Source: a plasmid. Taken from it: a DNA stretch of 64,000 nt. The notes below the pieces were generated by a model. The model made no database searches. It was not told the origin of the DNA and saw only the letters and a program-made list of their open reading frames with translations. Made by a program: the position numbers and the translations under genes. The stretch is from the sequence record NZ_CP019209.1. The stretch is one strand, 5' to 3'. How positions within the stretch are numbered: position 1 is the stretch's first letter; each line of letters begins with the position of its first letter. This document shows, piece after piece, positions 28,771-39,980 of the stretch.

Positions 28771-29745
28771 ATGCCTTTAACAGAAAAAAAGAAAACTTAT
28801 ATTCGTCAACTAAGTAATGAAAGTGGCATCATCAGTGCGTTAGCAATCGATCAACGTGGTGCCTTGAAAAAAATGATCGGTAAATTTCAAAATCAATCAG
28901 CAACCGATGAACAAATCATCAATTTCAAAAAAATCATTTCTTCTGAATTGACTCCATATGCTTCAGCAATCTTATTAGATCCAGAATATGGGTTGCCGGC
29001 AGCCGAAGTTCGCGATAAAAATGCTGGTCTGTTGTTGGCCTATGAAAAAACTGGTTACGATGCTTCAACTCCAGGACGTTTACCGGATATTTTATCTATT
29101 TGGTCTGTAAAACGTCTAAAGGAGCAAGGGGCCGATGCTTGTAAGTTCTTGTTATACTACGATGTAGATGAATCTGATGATATCAATGACCAAAAGAAGG
29201 CGTTTATGGAGCGGATTGGTTCTGAATGTGTTGCTGAAGATTTGCCATTTTTCTTAGAATTGGTTTCTTATGATGCCAACGATCCTGATACTTCTTCGAA
29301 GGAATATGCCTTGAAAAAACCGCATAAAGTAAATGAAATGATGAAGGAATTTTCTAAGCCTCGCTATGGAGTTGACGTTTTGAAAGTGGAAGTTCCTGTT
29401 AATATGAACTATGTGGATGGTTACACTAAAAATGAAGTTGCTTATACCAAAGAAGAAGCTGCTGCTTATTTCAAAGAACAATCCGAGACTACCAACCTGC
29501 CATTTATTTTCTTGAGCGCAGGAGTAACTGCTGAATTGTTCCAAGAAACCTTGAAATTTGCAAAAGAGGCTGGCTCTACATTCAATGGGGTACTCTGTGG
29601 GCGCGCAACTTGGGCGAATGGTGTAGAACCATTCGTTACTAAAGGTGAATATGCTGCCAAAGAATGGATGCAGACACAAGGACGCAAGAACATCGAAGAG
29701 CTGAATAATGTTTTGAAAGAAACAGCAACAGCTATTAAATTGTAA
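28771..29745 (+). CDS. lacD: Tagatose-1,6-bisphosphate aldolase (class I, LacD family)
   Basis: 324 aa, LacD-like N-terminus (LTxxKxxxxxxLSxxxGIIxALAxDQRG). Confidence 0.75.
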   Translation: MPLTEKKKTYIRQLSNESGIISALAIDQRGALKKMIGKFQNQSATDEQIINFKKIISSELTPYASAILLDPEYGLPAAEVRDKNAGLLLAYEKTGYDASTPGRLPDILSIWSVKRLKEQGADACKFLLYYDVDESDDINDQKKAFMERIGSECVAEDLPFFLELVSYDANDPDTSSKEYALKKPHKVNEMMKEFSKPRYGVDVLKVEVPVNMNYVDGYTKNEVAYTKEEAAAYFKEQSETTNLPFIFLSAGVTAELFQETLKFAKEAGSTFNGVLCGRATWANGVEPFVTKGEYAAKEWMQTQGRKNIEELNNVLKETATAIKL

Positions 29746-29854
29746 GAAAGCTTTAACTATAACCTTAAGTTTGTAACCTAATGATTTTTAATAATCAATT
29801 TGAGCTTTTAAATAAAGAATTGGAAGCGTCCCGACGCTTCCTTTTTCGTTTGTC

Positions 29855-30345
29855 TTAAGGCATGATAGGTTCTATGTTGTCGTTCAATAAGCGCAAGAAG
29901 GTCAGCATTTTTTTCTTAGAGTATGCAAAATTGCTTTCTACCCAATGATTTAAAACGGAGAGGCACCCTTGGATATGGTAAATGGTGAAGTAACGCATTT
30001 CTTCTGTGATCACGGTTTTTTTGTCTTCTTGTAGCCAGATTTTTAAATAATTTTCTTCGATCAGATTATTTAATCTCTTTTGGAATTGGATATCTCCGTG
30101 GTTGATAACGAATAACTTGTACACGAACGTATTTGTATAGACATAGTCGATCAAATGAGCGTATAGATCCTCGTAGCTGTGTGTCGTGTCATAGGAAATG
30201 ATTTCATCCAAGTCTTAGAAAAAGCTATTTTCTAGCTTTTCATAAAGATCATAGATATCCGTATAATGTTTATAAAATGTCGAACGGTGAAGATCAGCAG
30301 TTTCGGTCAGTTCACGGATAGTGATGTTTTGAATTTTTCGCGAAT
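29855..30345 (-). pseudogene. TetR-family regulator with internal TAA between HTH and ligand-binding domain and no clear start
   Basis: Reverse translation 30215-30330 gives NSRKIQNITIRELTETADLHRSTFYKHYTDIYDLYEKLENSFF* then DLDEIIS... continuing as ORF 29855..30211. Confidence 0.6.
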
Positions 30346-30445
30346 TGTAAAATTAAGTTAGAAAAATAAAAAGGCATTTATGGTACACTCAAATTGTATT
30401 TCCGACGAAAGAAAACAAAGGAGTGTAACCATAAATGACCTACAA

Positions 30446-31255
30446 GGTTCTGTTGCAAAGTTTTAAATAAAGAATAAAATCCCTTACGGTATCTATGATT
30501 TAAGCTGGGATTCCCAATAATACCTTGATTTCAGTACAGACCGAAAACCCGAAGAGAGTGCCTTCTTTTCGGGTTTTCTTATATAATCCTCGAATGGCTT
30601 CCATGCCTTTAATCGTGGTAGAGCCAGTGCGTAAACTTCGATAGAATTTATTGCGTCTCTTTACTGGACGATGGTCTTGTTCAATCAAATTATTCAGGTA
30701 TTTAATGGTACGATGTTCTGTCCCTTGATAAAAGCCGCCGTATTCTTTTAGTTTCTTAAAGGCACTTGTAATAGAGGGGGCTTTATCTGTGACTACAACC
30801 TTCGGTTCATCAAACTGCTTCACTAACCGCTTAAGAAAAGCATAGGCTGCTTGTGTGTCCCGTTTTTTACGTAACCAAATATCCAAGGTTAAACCATCTG
30901 CATCGATGGCTCGATACAAATAATGCCATTTTCCTTTAATTTTGATGTACGTTTCATCCATTTTCCATGAATAAAAGGATTTTTTATTTTTCTTTTTCCA
31001 AATTTGATAGAGTAGTTTGCCATATTCTTGCACCCAACGATAAATCGTCGTATGAGAAACGTTAATGCCACGATCATATAAGATTTCTTGAACTTCACGA
31101 TAGCTAAGGTTATAACGAAGATAGTAGCCCACGGCTACAATAATCACATCCTGCTGAAATTGCTTTCCTTTAAAATGATTCATCGTCATTCCTCCTGCTA
31201 TCTTTTTCTATTATTCTACCTTATTTGATAGTAGATTTAAAACTTTGCAACAGAA
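30446..31255 (-). mobile_element. IS1216-type IS6-family insertion sequence (810 bp, intact)
   Basis: IRs GGTTCTGTTGCAAAGTTT at 30446 and RC at 31237-31255; transposase 30500..31189. Confidence 0.9.
30500..31189 (-). CDS. IS1216-type IS6 transposase
   Basis: MNHFKGKQFQQDVIIVAVGYYLRYNLSYREVQEILYDRGINVSHTTIYRW... Confidence 0.9.
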   Translation of the reverse strand: MTMNHFKGKQFQQDVIIVAVGYYLRYNLSYREVQEILYDRGINVSHTTIYRWVQEYGKLLYQIWKKKNKKSFYSWKMDETYIKIKGKWHYLYRAIDADGLTLDIWLRKKRDTQAAYAFLKRLVKQFDEPKVVVTDKAPSITSAFKKLKEYGGFYQGTEHRTIKYLNNLIEQDHRPVKRRNKFYRSLRTGSTTIKGMEAIRGLYKKTRKEGTLFGFSVCTEIKVLLGIPA

Positions 31256-31520
31256 CCATTTAGCGGCTAAATTAGTAAAATTTTTAAAAAATAAGAATAA
31301 ACGAGTGATGGAACAATTATCGATTATTGGATTTGATGATATTACTTTTGCAGAATTAATGGATCCTGCGTTGACAACAATACGACTAAATCCAGGTAAC
31401 AAGGGGGCGATTGCTTTTCACCAACTGATTGGACTGGCCAAACAAGAAGAAATAAAAAATCAAGTACTACTATTAGAGGGAGAATTGATTTCTCGAGACT
31501 CTGTTCACAAAATCAAATAA
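31256..31520 (+). pseudogene. C-terminal fragment of a LacI-family regulator truncated by IS1216
   Basis: SIIGFDDITFAELMDPALTTIR... (LacI C-terminal sugar-binding domain); ORF starts inside IS. Confidence 0.65.
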
Positions 31521-31734
31521 AAAAGCTCTGTGAAATAAGTATAGTTAACAATAAAATATCCGAACGATAGAGAGAATGAACTGTGATCTAGCAGTTCCTC
31601 GTCGGAAATTCACTAGAATTAGCATTATTTACTCTAAATTGTTCGGATATTTTTTCTTGTTTTTAATTATGATTACAGTGCCTATTTTTAACGAAATTTG
31701 CTTATTTTCAAAATGTATGATTATATTTTAGTAA

Positions 31735-32790
<1,056 letters not shown>

Positions 32791-32794
32791 AAAA

Positions 32795-32830
32795 GTAAAC
32801 ATCCAAAAAAGGATGTTTACTTTTTTGTTT
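32795..32830 (+). terminator. Rho-independent terminator GTAAACATCC-AAAAAA-GGATGTTTAC + T6
   Basis: Read directly. Confidence 0.7.
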
Positions 32831-32861
32831 ACTAATATTTTTAGTAAAAAATCTCGACAAA

Positions 32862-32918
32862 ACATTAAGTAAACAGTTATGGTGTTGTTAACAAAAAGAA
32901 AACGCATTCAAAACAGGA
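32862..32918 (+). promoter_or_regulatory. Conserved promoter/operator block shared with 37421..37480, including a cre-like element AGAAAACGCATTCA (32897..32910)
   Basis: ~50 of 57 nt identical between the two solute-binding-protein upstream regions; one mismatch to cre consensus WTGNAANCGNWNNCW. Confidence 0.5.
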
Positions 32919-32927
32919 GGAATTAAG

Positions 32928-34193
32928 ATGAAACATTTCAAAAAAATAGCTTTAACAGGGATAGCTGTTTTAACTGGGACATTACTCGCAGCATGTGGTG
33001 GGGGAGATAGTAATTCTAAAGACGGGCAAGTAACTTTAAGCTATGCGAGTTGAGATACTGACCAAGCTCCAGGACTAAGAAAAATATTAGATGAATTTGA
33101 AAAACAAAATCCTGATATCAAAGTAGAAATGGAGACAACGCCTTGGGATCAATATTGGGTTAAATTAGAAGCTGCAACAACGGGAGGTAATATGCCAGAT
33201 GTAGTAACCATGCACTCTAGCGAATCCTATAAATATATGTCACAGAATGCTTTGATGGGACTTGATGATGTTATCAAAGAAAATGATATTGACATGGGAA
33301 ACTTTACTGAAGGAATTGCTGATTTCTATACGCTTGAAGACGAACTATACGCAATCCCTAAAGATGCTTCTGTAGTGGGGCTATGGTACAACAAAGAATT
33401 ATTTGATAATGCAGGTGTCGATTATCCAGATGAAACATGGACATGGGAAACACTCAGACAAGCTGCAATTGATTTAACAGATGAATCAAAAGGCATCTAT
33501 GGTTTTGCATCACATATTGGAACAGAGACTGGCTACTGGCCATTTATTTATCAAAATGGGGGAGAAGTATTTGCCGATGACAATACAAAATCAGGTTTGA
33601 ATACCCCAGAAGCACAAGAAGCTTTAGCTTTTTATCGAGATATTGCACTTGTTGATCATGCTTCACCAACAATTACAGAATTACAAGATCCTGATAAGTT
33701 AAGTCGTTTTCAATCAGGTAGATTAGCAATGATGATTGAAGGAAACTGGTTTGCACCGGGATTTTTGAAAAATGACTATCTAGTTGAAAATGTTGCTTCT
33801 GCCGTGTTACCTAAGGGAAAAGTTAATGCAACAATTACAAATGGACTTGGTTGGGCTGCCAGTGCGAATACAAAATACCCAGAAGAAGTGAAAAAACTAA
33901 TGGCATTTTTAGCTAGTGAGGACGCCAATAAAATCCAAGCGGAAACGGGGGCATCAATCCCAGCACTAAAAGGCTTTGAAGACGAGTGGGCTGCTTCTTC
34001 AGATACAATTGATTTGAGTGCTTTTGGAAAAATGTTGGAGTATGGAGTCCCTCGTCCATACAATAAAGATGGATTACGAGCTGAACAAGCAGAAGTTCAA
34101 ATTATTAACCGTATTCTGTCTGGTGAAGTAACTGTTGAAGATGGAACCGCTCAAATTGAAAAAGAAGTCAATGCGATATTGAGCGGAAATTAA
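32928..34193 (+). pseudogene. Sugar ABC transporter solute-binding lipoprotein with in-frame TGA (33051-33053) where Trp is expected (YAS*DTDQAPG)
   Basis: Signal peptide + lipobox LLAACGG; remainder 33129..34193 is a family-1 solute-binding protein. Confidence 0.75.
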
Positions 34194-34266
34194 ATTAGTT
34201 AATTATACAATATACAGGCGAAAGGATTCTATTTCGTCTGTATATTAATGGATGAATACCAAAAAG

Positions 34267-35172
34267 GGGGATATTATGAAAAATCGAATTTTTGGAAAAT
34301 ATCGTAAAGATCAAGTGATATGGGGCTATATTTTTATTTTTCCAACGGCATTAGGATTAATTTTATTAAATATATGGCCAGCAATTCAAACAGCAATTTT
34401 AAGTTTTCAAAAAACGGTAGGGTTCGGTGATACTGAATGGGTCGGATTAAGAAATTACCAAAAAATGTTTGCAGACGGTGAAGTTTTTCAGTCTTTATTA
34501 AACACATTAATTTATGCAGTGGTTTCGATACCTAGTATTGTTGTATTATCCTTGTTGGTGGCAGTTTTAATGAATAGAAAAGTTAAAGGATTGTCGATTT
34601 ATCGGACAATTTATTTTCTACCAGTCGTTGCTGCACCATCCGCAGTCGCAATGATTTGGCGCTGGATGTTCAATAATGATTATGGACTGATTAATAACAT
34701 GTTGGCTAAAATAGGTCTCGATGGACCAGCATGGTTAACGGATCCATCGATTGCGATTTATTCTATTATCATTGTAGGAGTTTGGAGTGCTATTGGTTAT
34801 AACATGGTGTTATTACTAGCCGGCTTATAAGAAATTCCTAAAGATTATTATGAAGCATCGGAAATTGATGGTGCTAGTCCAATCCAGCAGTTTTTCAACA
34901 TTACGTTACCATTAGTTACACCAACATTATTTTTTGTAGTTGTAACAACAGTTATCAATGCTTTCCAAGTATTTGATGTTATTTTTATGATGATTACTCC
35001 TAATAGTACCGCCATGTTTAAATCACAATCATTAGCCTATTTATTCTATAAACATTCATTTATTTTAAATGACAAGGGATATGGTTCGGCAATCGTTATG
35101 TTCCTTTTAGTGATTATATTAATTATTACTGCAATTCAAATGAAGTTGCAGAAAAAGTGGGTAAACTATTAA
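34267..35172 (+). pseudogene. Sugar ABC transporter permease (MalF-like) with TAA nonsense at 34828-34830 (CAA expected: LAGL*EIPKDYYEASEIDGAS)
   Basis: Same frame remains open from 34831 to 35172 and encodes the EAA-loop and C-terminal TMs. Confidence 0.75.
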
Positions 35173-35187
35173 GGAGGCTATCAAATT

Positions 35188-36012
35188 ATGAAAAATAAAT
35201 TTTTTTCAAATGCGCCAATCCATATCATGCTTATTTTAGGTGGTATTGCAATGGCATTACCTTTTATTTGGATGATTTTAACTTCAGGGAAAACGTTGGT
35301 TGAATCTACCCAAATTCCACCTACAATTTTCCCTGAGAAATTTCAGCTAAGTAACTATCAACAAGTACTTGATTTATTACCATTCATGGCTTTTTATATC
35401 AATATATTTTTAATGGTTGTTGGACGAGTGATTGGCTCGGTTTTATTTTCAGCAATGGCTGCATATGCTTGTGCGCGTCTAAGTTTTCCAGGGAAAAATA
35501 TCCTTTTCAGCTTAGTACTTATTCAAATGATGATTCCCGGTTCCATTTTTATTACTCCACAGTATTTATTAGCACAAAAATTGGGTATTTTAAATACAAT
35601 TCCAGCATTAATATTACCAGGGGTAGTTAGTGCGTTTGGTACGTTTTTATTAAGACAATTTTTCTTAGGTTTGCCTGATGAATTGGAGGAAGCGGCCTAT
35701 TTAGAAGGTGCCAATATTTGGACGATCTTTTTCAAAATTATGTTGCCGCTTGCTAAATCAGGATTGGTTGCACTTGGAATATTCACAGCGTTGTTTGCAT
35801 TTAAAGATTTAATGTGGCCATTGATTGTCAATACTTCAATTGATAAGATGCCTTTAGCTCCGGGATTAGCAAACTTACAAGGACAATATGCCACGAACTT
35901 CCCACAATTAATGGCAGGTTCGTTATTAGCAATTTGGCCAATAGTTGTGATATTCATCGTTTTCCAAAGAAAATTCATTGAAGGAATTGCTACAACAGGT
36001 GGTAAATTATAA
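35188..36012 (+). CDS. Sugar ABC transporter permease (MalG-like)
   Basis: Multi-TM with EAA loop LEEAAYLEGANIWTIFFKIMLPL. Confidence 0.85.
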   Translation: MKNKFFSNAPIHIMLILGGIAMALPFIWMILTSGKTLVESTQIPPTIFPEKFQLSNYQQVLDLLPFMAFYINIFLMVVGRVIGSVLFSAMAAYACARLSFPGKNILFSLVLIQMMIPGSIFITPQYLLAQKLGILNTIPALILPGVVSAFGTFLLRQFFLGLPDELEEAAYLEGANIWTIFFKIMLPLAKSGLVALGIFTALFAFKDLMWPLIVNTSIDKMPLAPGLANLQGQYATNFPQLMAGSLLAIWPIVVIFIVFQRKFIEGIATTGGKL

Positions 36013-36043
36013 AACTATTAATTAGTGATTGGAGAGTAAGTAC

Positions 36044-37354
36044 ATGACAAAAATTACATTTATTGGTGCAGGAAGTACTATTTTTGCAAAAAACGTATTA
36101 GGCGATGCGATGTTAACTCCAAGTCTACAAGATGCACATATTGCATTGTACGATATTGATGAAAAACGACTAAAAGAATCAAATTTAATGCTTAAAAATA
36201 TTAATAAAAATTCGAATGAAAATCGTGCTGATATTGTTTCTTATTATGATCGCAAAGAAGCGTTAAGAGAGGCTGATTTTGTTATCAATGCTATTCAAGT
36301 GGGTGGTTATAAACCTTCAACAGTGATTGATTTTGATATTCCTAAAAAATATGGGTTGCGACAAACTATTGGTGACACCATGGGGATTGGTGGGATTTTT
36401 AGAACCCTACGGACACTACCAGTAATGTTAGACTTTGCTAAAGAAATGGAAGAAGTTTGTCCAAATGCTTGGTTATTGAACTATACAAATCCGATGGCGA
36501 TGTTAACCATGGGTGTTTTAAAAGCGACGAGTATTAAGACTGTTGGTTTATGTCATAGCGTTCAAGTATGCGTACCAGAATTGTTTGAGCATTTAGGAAT
36601 AGCCGATCAATATGACTTAAATGACTTTCAATGGAAAATTGCAGGCATTAATCATATGGCATTCTTGTTGGAAATTACAAAAAATGGGGAAGATTTCTAT
36701 CCAACAATTCGTCAGTTAGCTGCAGAAAAACCAAATCCACATCCAGATTCTGTACGTTTTGAATTGTTGAAACGTTTTGGTTACTATATTACAGAATCAA
36801 GTGAACACAATGCAGAATACCATCCATACTTTATTAAATCAAAATACCCAGAATTGATTGACGAATTAGGGATTCCGTTGGATGAATACTTACGTCGTTG
36901 TGAACAACAAATTAATGATTGGGAAAGCATGCGAGAGGACATTGTAAATAATGGGGAGTTAACACATACGAGAAGCCGTGCATATGCTTCATATATCATG
37001 GATTCTATTACGACAGGAACTCCGTCAGTGATTGCAGGAAATGTCTTAAATAAAGGCTTAATCACAAACTTACCGACAGATGTTTGTGTGGAAGTACCTT
37101 GTTTAGTCGATAAAAATGGCGTGCAACCAACCTATGTCGGTGAATTGCCAACACAATTAGCTGCTTTAAATCGGACGAATATCAATGTTCAAGAACTGAC
37201 AGTAGAAGCCGCTTTAACACTAGATAAATCAAAAATTTATCAAGCAGCGTATTTAGATCCACATCTATCATCTGAATTGTCTTTAACAGATATCAAAAAT
37301 TTAGTGGATGATTTAATCGAAGCACATGGGGACTATTTACCTGAATATAATTAA
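36044..37354 (+). CDS. Glycoside hydrolase family 4 (NAD/Mn-dependent alpha-galactosidase MelA-type or 6-phospho-alpha-glucosidase)
   Basis: N-terminal KITFIGAGSTIF Rossmann motif, GH4 Cys region GLCHSVQ. Confidence 0.8.
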   Translation: MTKITFIGAGSTIFAKNVLGDAMLTPSLQDAHIALYDIDEKRLKESNLMLKNINKNSNENRADIVSYYDRKEALREADFVINAIQVGGYKPSTVIDFDIPKKYGLRQTIGDTMGIGGIFRTLRTLPVMLDFAKEMEEVCPNAWLLNYTNPMAMLTMGVLKATSIKTVGLCHSVQVCVPELFEHLGIADQYDLNDFQWKIAGINHMAFLLEITKNGEDFYPTIRQLAAEKPNPHPDSVRFELLKRFGYYITESSEHNAEYHPYFIKSKYPELIDELGIPLDEYLRRCEQQINDWESMREDIVNNGELTHTRSRAYASYIMDSITTGTPSVIAGNVLNKGLITNLPTDVCVEVPCLVDKNGVQPTYVGELPTQLAALNRTNINVQELTVEAALTLDKSKIYQAAYLDPHLSSELSLTDIKNLVDDLIEAHGDYLPEYN

Positions 37355-37462
37355 AAAGAAGCTGAAAGAGTAAGGAATTTTCAATTCCTTACTCTTTTCT
37401 TAGTTAAATTTAGTAAAAATATTGACAAAACACTTAGTAAACAGTTACATTAGTGTTAACAA

Positions 37463-37951
37463 AAAGAAAACGCATTCAAATTGTATAAGGAGGAGCATAA
37501 AATGAAGTGGTCTAAAAAAATTATTTTAGCTTGTATAGCACTAGGAGCAACGATCTCTTTGACTGCTTGTGGAAAAAATCAGGAAGATGCAAGCGGTAAG
37601 GTAGAAATAGAGTTTTTTAATCAAAAAAGAAAACGCATTCAAATTGTATAAGGAGGAGCATAAAATGAAGTGGTCTAAAAAAATTATTTTAGCTTGTATA
37701 GCACTAGGAGCAACGATCTCTTTGACTGCTTGTGGAAAAAATCAGGAAGATGCAAGCGGTAAGGTAGAAATAGAGTTTTTTAATCAAAAAAGAAAACGCA
37801 TTCAAATTGTATAAGGAGGAGCATAAAATGAAGTGGTCTAAAAAAATCATTTTAGCTTGTATAGCACTAGGAGCAACGATCTCTTTGACTGCTTGTGGAA
37901 AAAATCAGGAAGATGCAAGCGGTAAGGTAGAAATAGAGTTTTTTAATCAAA
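37463..37951 (+). repeat. Three tandem copies of a 163-bp unit (cre-like element + RBS + first 41 codons of the solute-binding-protein gene)
   Basis: ATG/RBS recur at 37502, 37665, 37828 with period exactly 163; first two copies create identical 49-codon lipoprotein-signal mini-ORFs. Confidence 0.9.
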
Positions 37952-39087
37952 AAAAAGAAATGACTCAAACGATTCAGGAGATTGCTAAAGATTTTGAAGC
38001 AAAAAACCCTGATATTCATGTAAAAGTTGTGGATGTACCGAATGCTGGTGAAGTAATTAAAACACGTATGCTTGCAGGCGATGTACCAGATGTCATTAAT
38101 CTTTATCCTCAAAGTATAGAATTGAAAGAATGGGCGAAAGCTGGTTATTTAGAGGACTTAACCGAAGAACCGTATTTAGAGAATATCAAAAATGGATATG
38201 CACAACGTTTTGCTATTGAGGATCGTGTATATAGCATACCATTAACCGCTAATGTCTATGGTTTTTACTATAACAAAACTGCTTTTGAGGAAATGGGGAT
38301 TCAAGCACCAGAAACTTGGGCAGAATTTGAAAAAATAGTAGCTGAGATTAAAGATCAAAACAAAGTACCGTTTGCGATTGCAGGAGCAGAAGGCTGGACT
38401 TTAAATGGTTATCACCAACTAGCTATAGCGACTGCTGCTGGTGGTGAAGAGGAAGCGAACAATGTTTGGCGTTTCTCAGAAGTTAATGGAATTAATGCTG
38501 AAAGCAAAGAAATGCAAAAAGATTTTAATCGATTAGATTTGTTAAGAGAACCAAAAGCTTTGCAAAACAACTGGCAAGGTGCCGGTTATAACGATACAGT
38601 AGTTACTTTTACAAAAGGTGATGCGTTGATTATGCCGAATGGTTCATGGGCAATGCCGATGATTCATTCACAAAATCCAGATTTTGAAGTAGGAACTTTT
38701 CCTTTTCCAGCAGATGAAGCAGGTCAAAGTCTAACGATTGGCGCAGGAGACCTAGCCTTATCAGTTTCTGCAACTTCTCAACATAAAGAAGAAGCCAAAC
38801 GTTTTGTAGAATATATGACAACACCTGAAGCGATGCAGAAATATTATGATGTAGATGGTGCACCGTGTGCTGTTGAGGGCGTTATCGAGAATACTCAGGA
38901 TTCACCATTAAGTGGTTTAACTGAACTTGCTTTTACTGATCGTCATTTAGTTTGGTTAGCCAAAGATTGGAATAGTGAAAATGATTTTTATACCTTAACA
39001 ACAAATTATTTACACAATGGCAATCAAAAAGCCATGATTAACGCATTAAATGCTTTCTTTAATCCAATGAAAGCTGACGGAAGGTAG
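37828..39087 (+). CDS. Sugar ABC transporter solute-binding lipoprotein (raffinose/melibiose-type); true start at the third repeat copy
   Basis: MKWSKKIILACIALGATISLTACG lipoprotein signal; family-1 solute-binding protein. Confidence 0.85.
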   Translation: MKWSKKIILACIALGATISLTACGKNQEDASGKVEIEFFNQKKEMTQTIQEIAKDFEAKNPDIHVKVVDVPNAGEVIKTRMLAGDVPDVINLYPQSIELKEWAKAGYLEDLTEEPYLENIKNGYAQRFAIEDRVYSIPLTANVYGFYYNKTAFEEMGIQAPETWAEFEKIVAEIKDQNKVPFAIAGAEGWTLNGYHQLAIATAAGGEEEANNVWRFSEVNGINAESKEMQKDFNRLDLLREPKALQNNWQGAGYNDTVVTFTKGDALIMPNGSWAMPMIHSQNPDFEVGTFPFPADEAGQSLTIGAGDLALSVSATSQHKEEAKRFVEYMTTPEAMQKYYDVDGAPCAVEGVIENTQDSPLSGLTELAFTDRHLVWLAKDWNSENDFYTLTTNYLHNGNQKAMINALNAFFNPMKADGR

Positions 39088-39096
39088 GAAAATAAA

Positions 39097-39969
39097 ATGA
39101 AAATAAAAGAAATTTTAAATCGTTACTGGGCAATCATTTTTGTAGCAATTCCAATTATTTTGCAGATGATTTTTTTCTACTTTCCAATGGTTCAAGGTGC
39201 TTTTTACAGTTTAACTAATTGGACTGGTCTGACTTATAATTTTGATTTTGTGGGTTTGAACAATTATAAGATTCTTTTTTCTGATCCGAAGTTTATCAAA
39301 TCGATTGGCTTCACTTTAATTGTGACGCTTTGCATGATTGCTGGACAAATTGGTTTTGGTATTTTGATTGCGCGGGCGTTGAACGCAAATATTAAAGGGA
39401 AAACATTCTTTAGAGCATGGTTCTTTTTTCCAGCGGTCTTATCGGGCGTGGTTGTTTCTTTAGTATTTAAACAAATTTTTAACTATGGTTTACCAAAAAT
39501 TGGTAGTATGTTAGGCATTGAATTTTTACAAACCAGTCTTTTAGGAACAACATGGGGAGCGATTTTTGCAGTAATTTTTGTTTTACTTTGGCAAGGAATT
39601 GCCATGCCAGTCATCATTTTCTTAGCGGGTTTTCAAAGTATTCCACAAGAAATTATTGAAGCTGCTAGAATGGATGGGGCGAATGATAAGCAAATTTTTT
39701 GGAATATTGAAATCACCTACTTATTACCAAGTATTTCAATGGTATTTATTATGGCATTAAAAGGTGGCTTAACAGCATTTGATCAAATTTTTGCTTTAAC
39801 TGGTGGTGGACCAAGCGATGCCACAACATCTTTGGGGTTACTTGTTTATAATTATGCTTTTAAAAACAATCAGTTTGGTTATGCGAATGCTATTGCTTTA
39901 GTCTTATTTATCTTAATTGGGATTGTTTCACTGGCACAATTAAAATTATCGAAAAAATTTGAAATCTAG
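39097..39969 (+). CDS. Sugar ABC transporter permease (MalF-like)
   Basis: EAA loop region IEAARMDGANDKQIFWNI. Confidence 0.85.
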   Translation: MKIKEILNRYWAIIFVAIPIILQMIFFYFPMVQGAFYSLTNWTGLTYNFDFVGLNNYKILFSDPKFIKSIGFTLIVTLCMIAGQIGFGILIARALNANIKGKTFFRAWFFFPAVLSGVVVSLVFKQIFNYGLPKIGSMLGIEFLQTSLLGTTWGAIFAVIFVLLWQGIAMPVIIFLAGFQSIPQEIIEAARMDGANDKQIFWNIEITYLLPSISMVFIMALKGGLTAFDQIFALTGGGPSDATTSLGLLVYNYAFKNNQFGYANAIALVLFILIGIVSLAQLKLSKKFEI

Positions 39970-39980
39970 GAGGTTTCCCA

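Noticed and set aside
33051-33053. TGA read as Trp (alternative genetic code)
   Set aside because: All other genes in the window use TGG for Trp and terminate with TGA, TAA or TAG normally, so a standard code with a nonsense mutation is the simpler explanation.
37463-37951. Possible CRISPR-like regular repeat
   Set aside because: Units are 163 bp, contiguous with no spacers, and consist of promoter-proximal plus coding sequence of the solute-binding-protein gene. It is a tandem duplication, not a CRISPR array.
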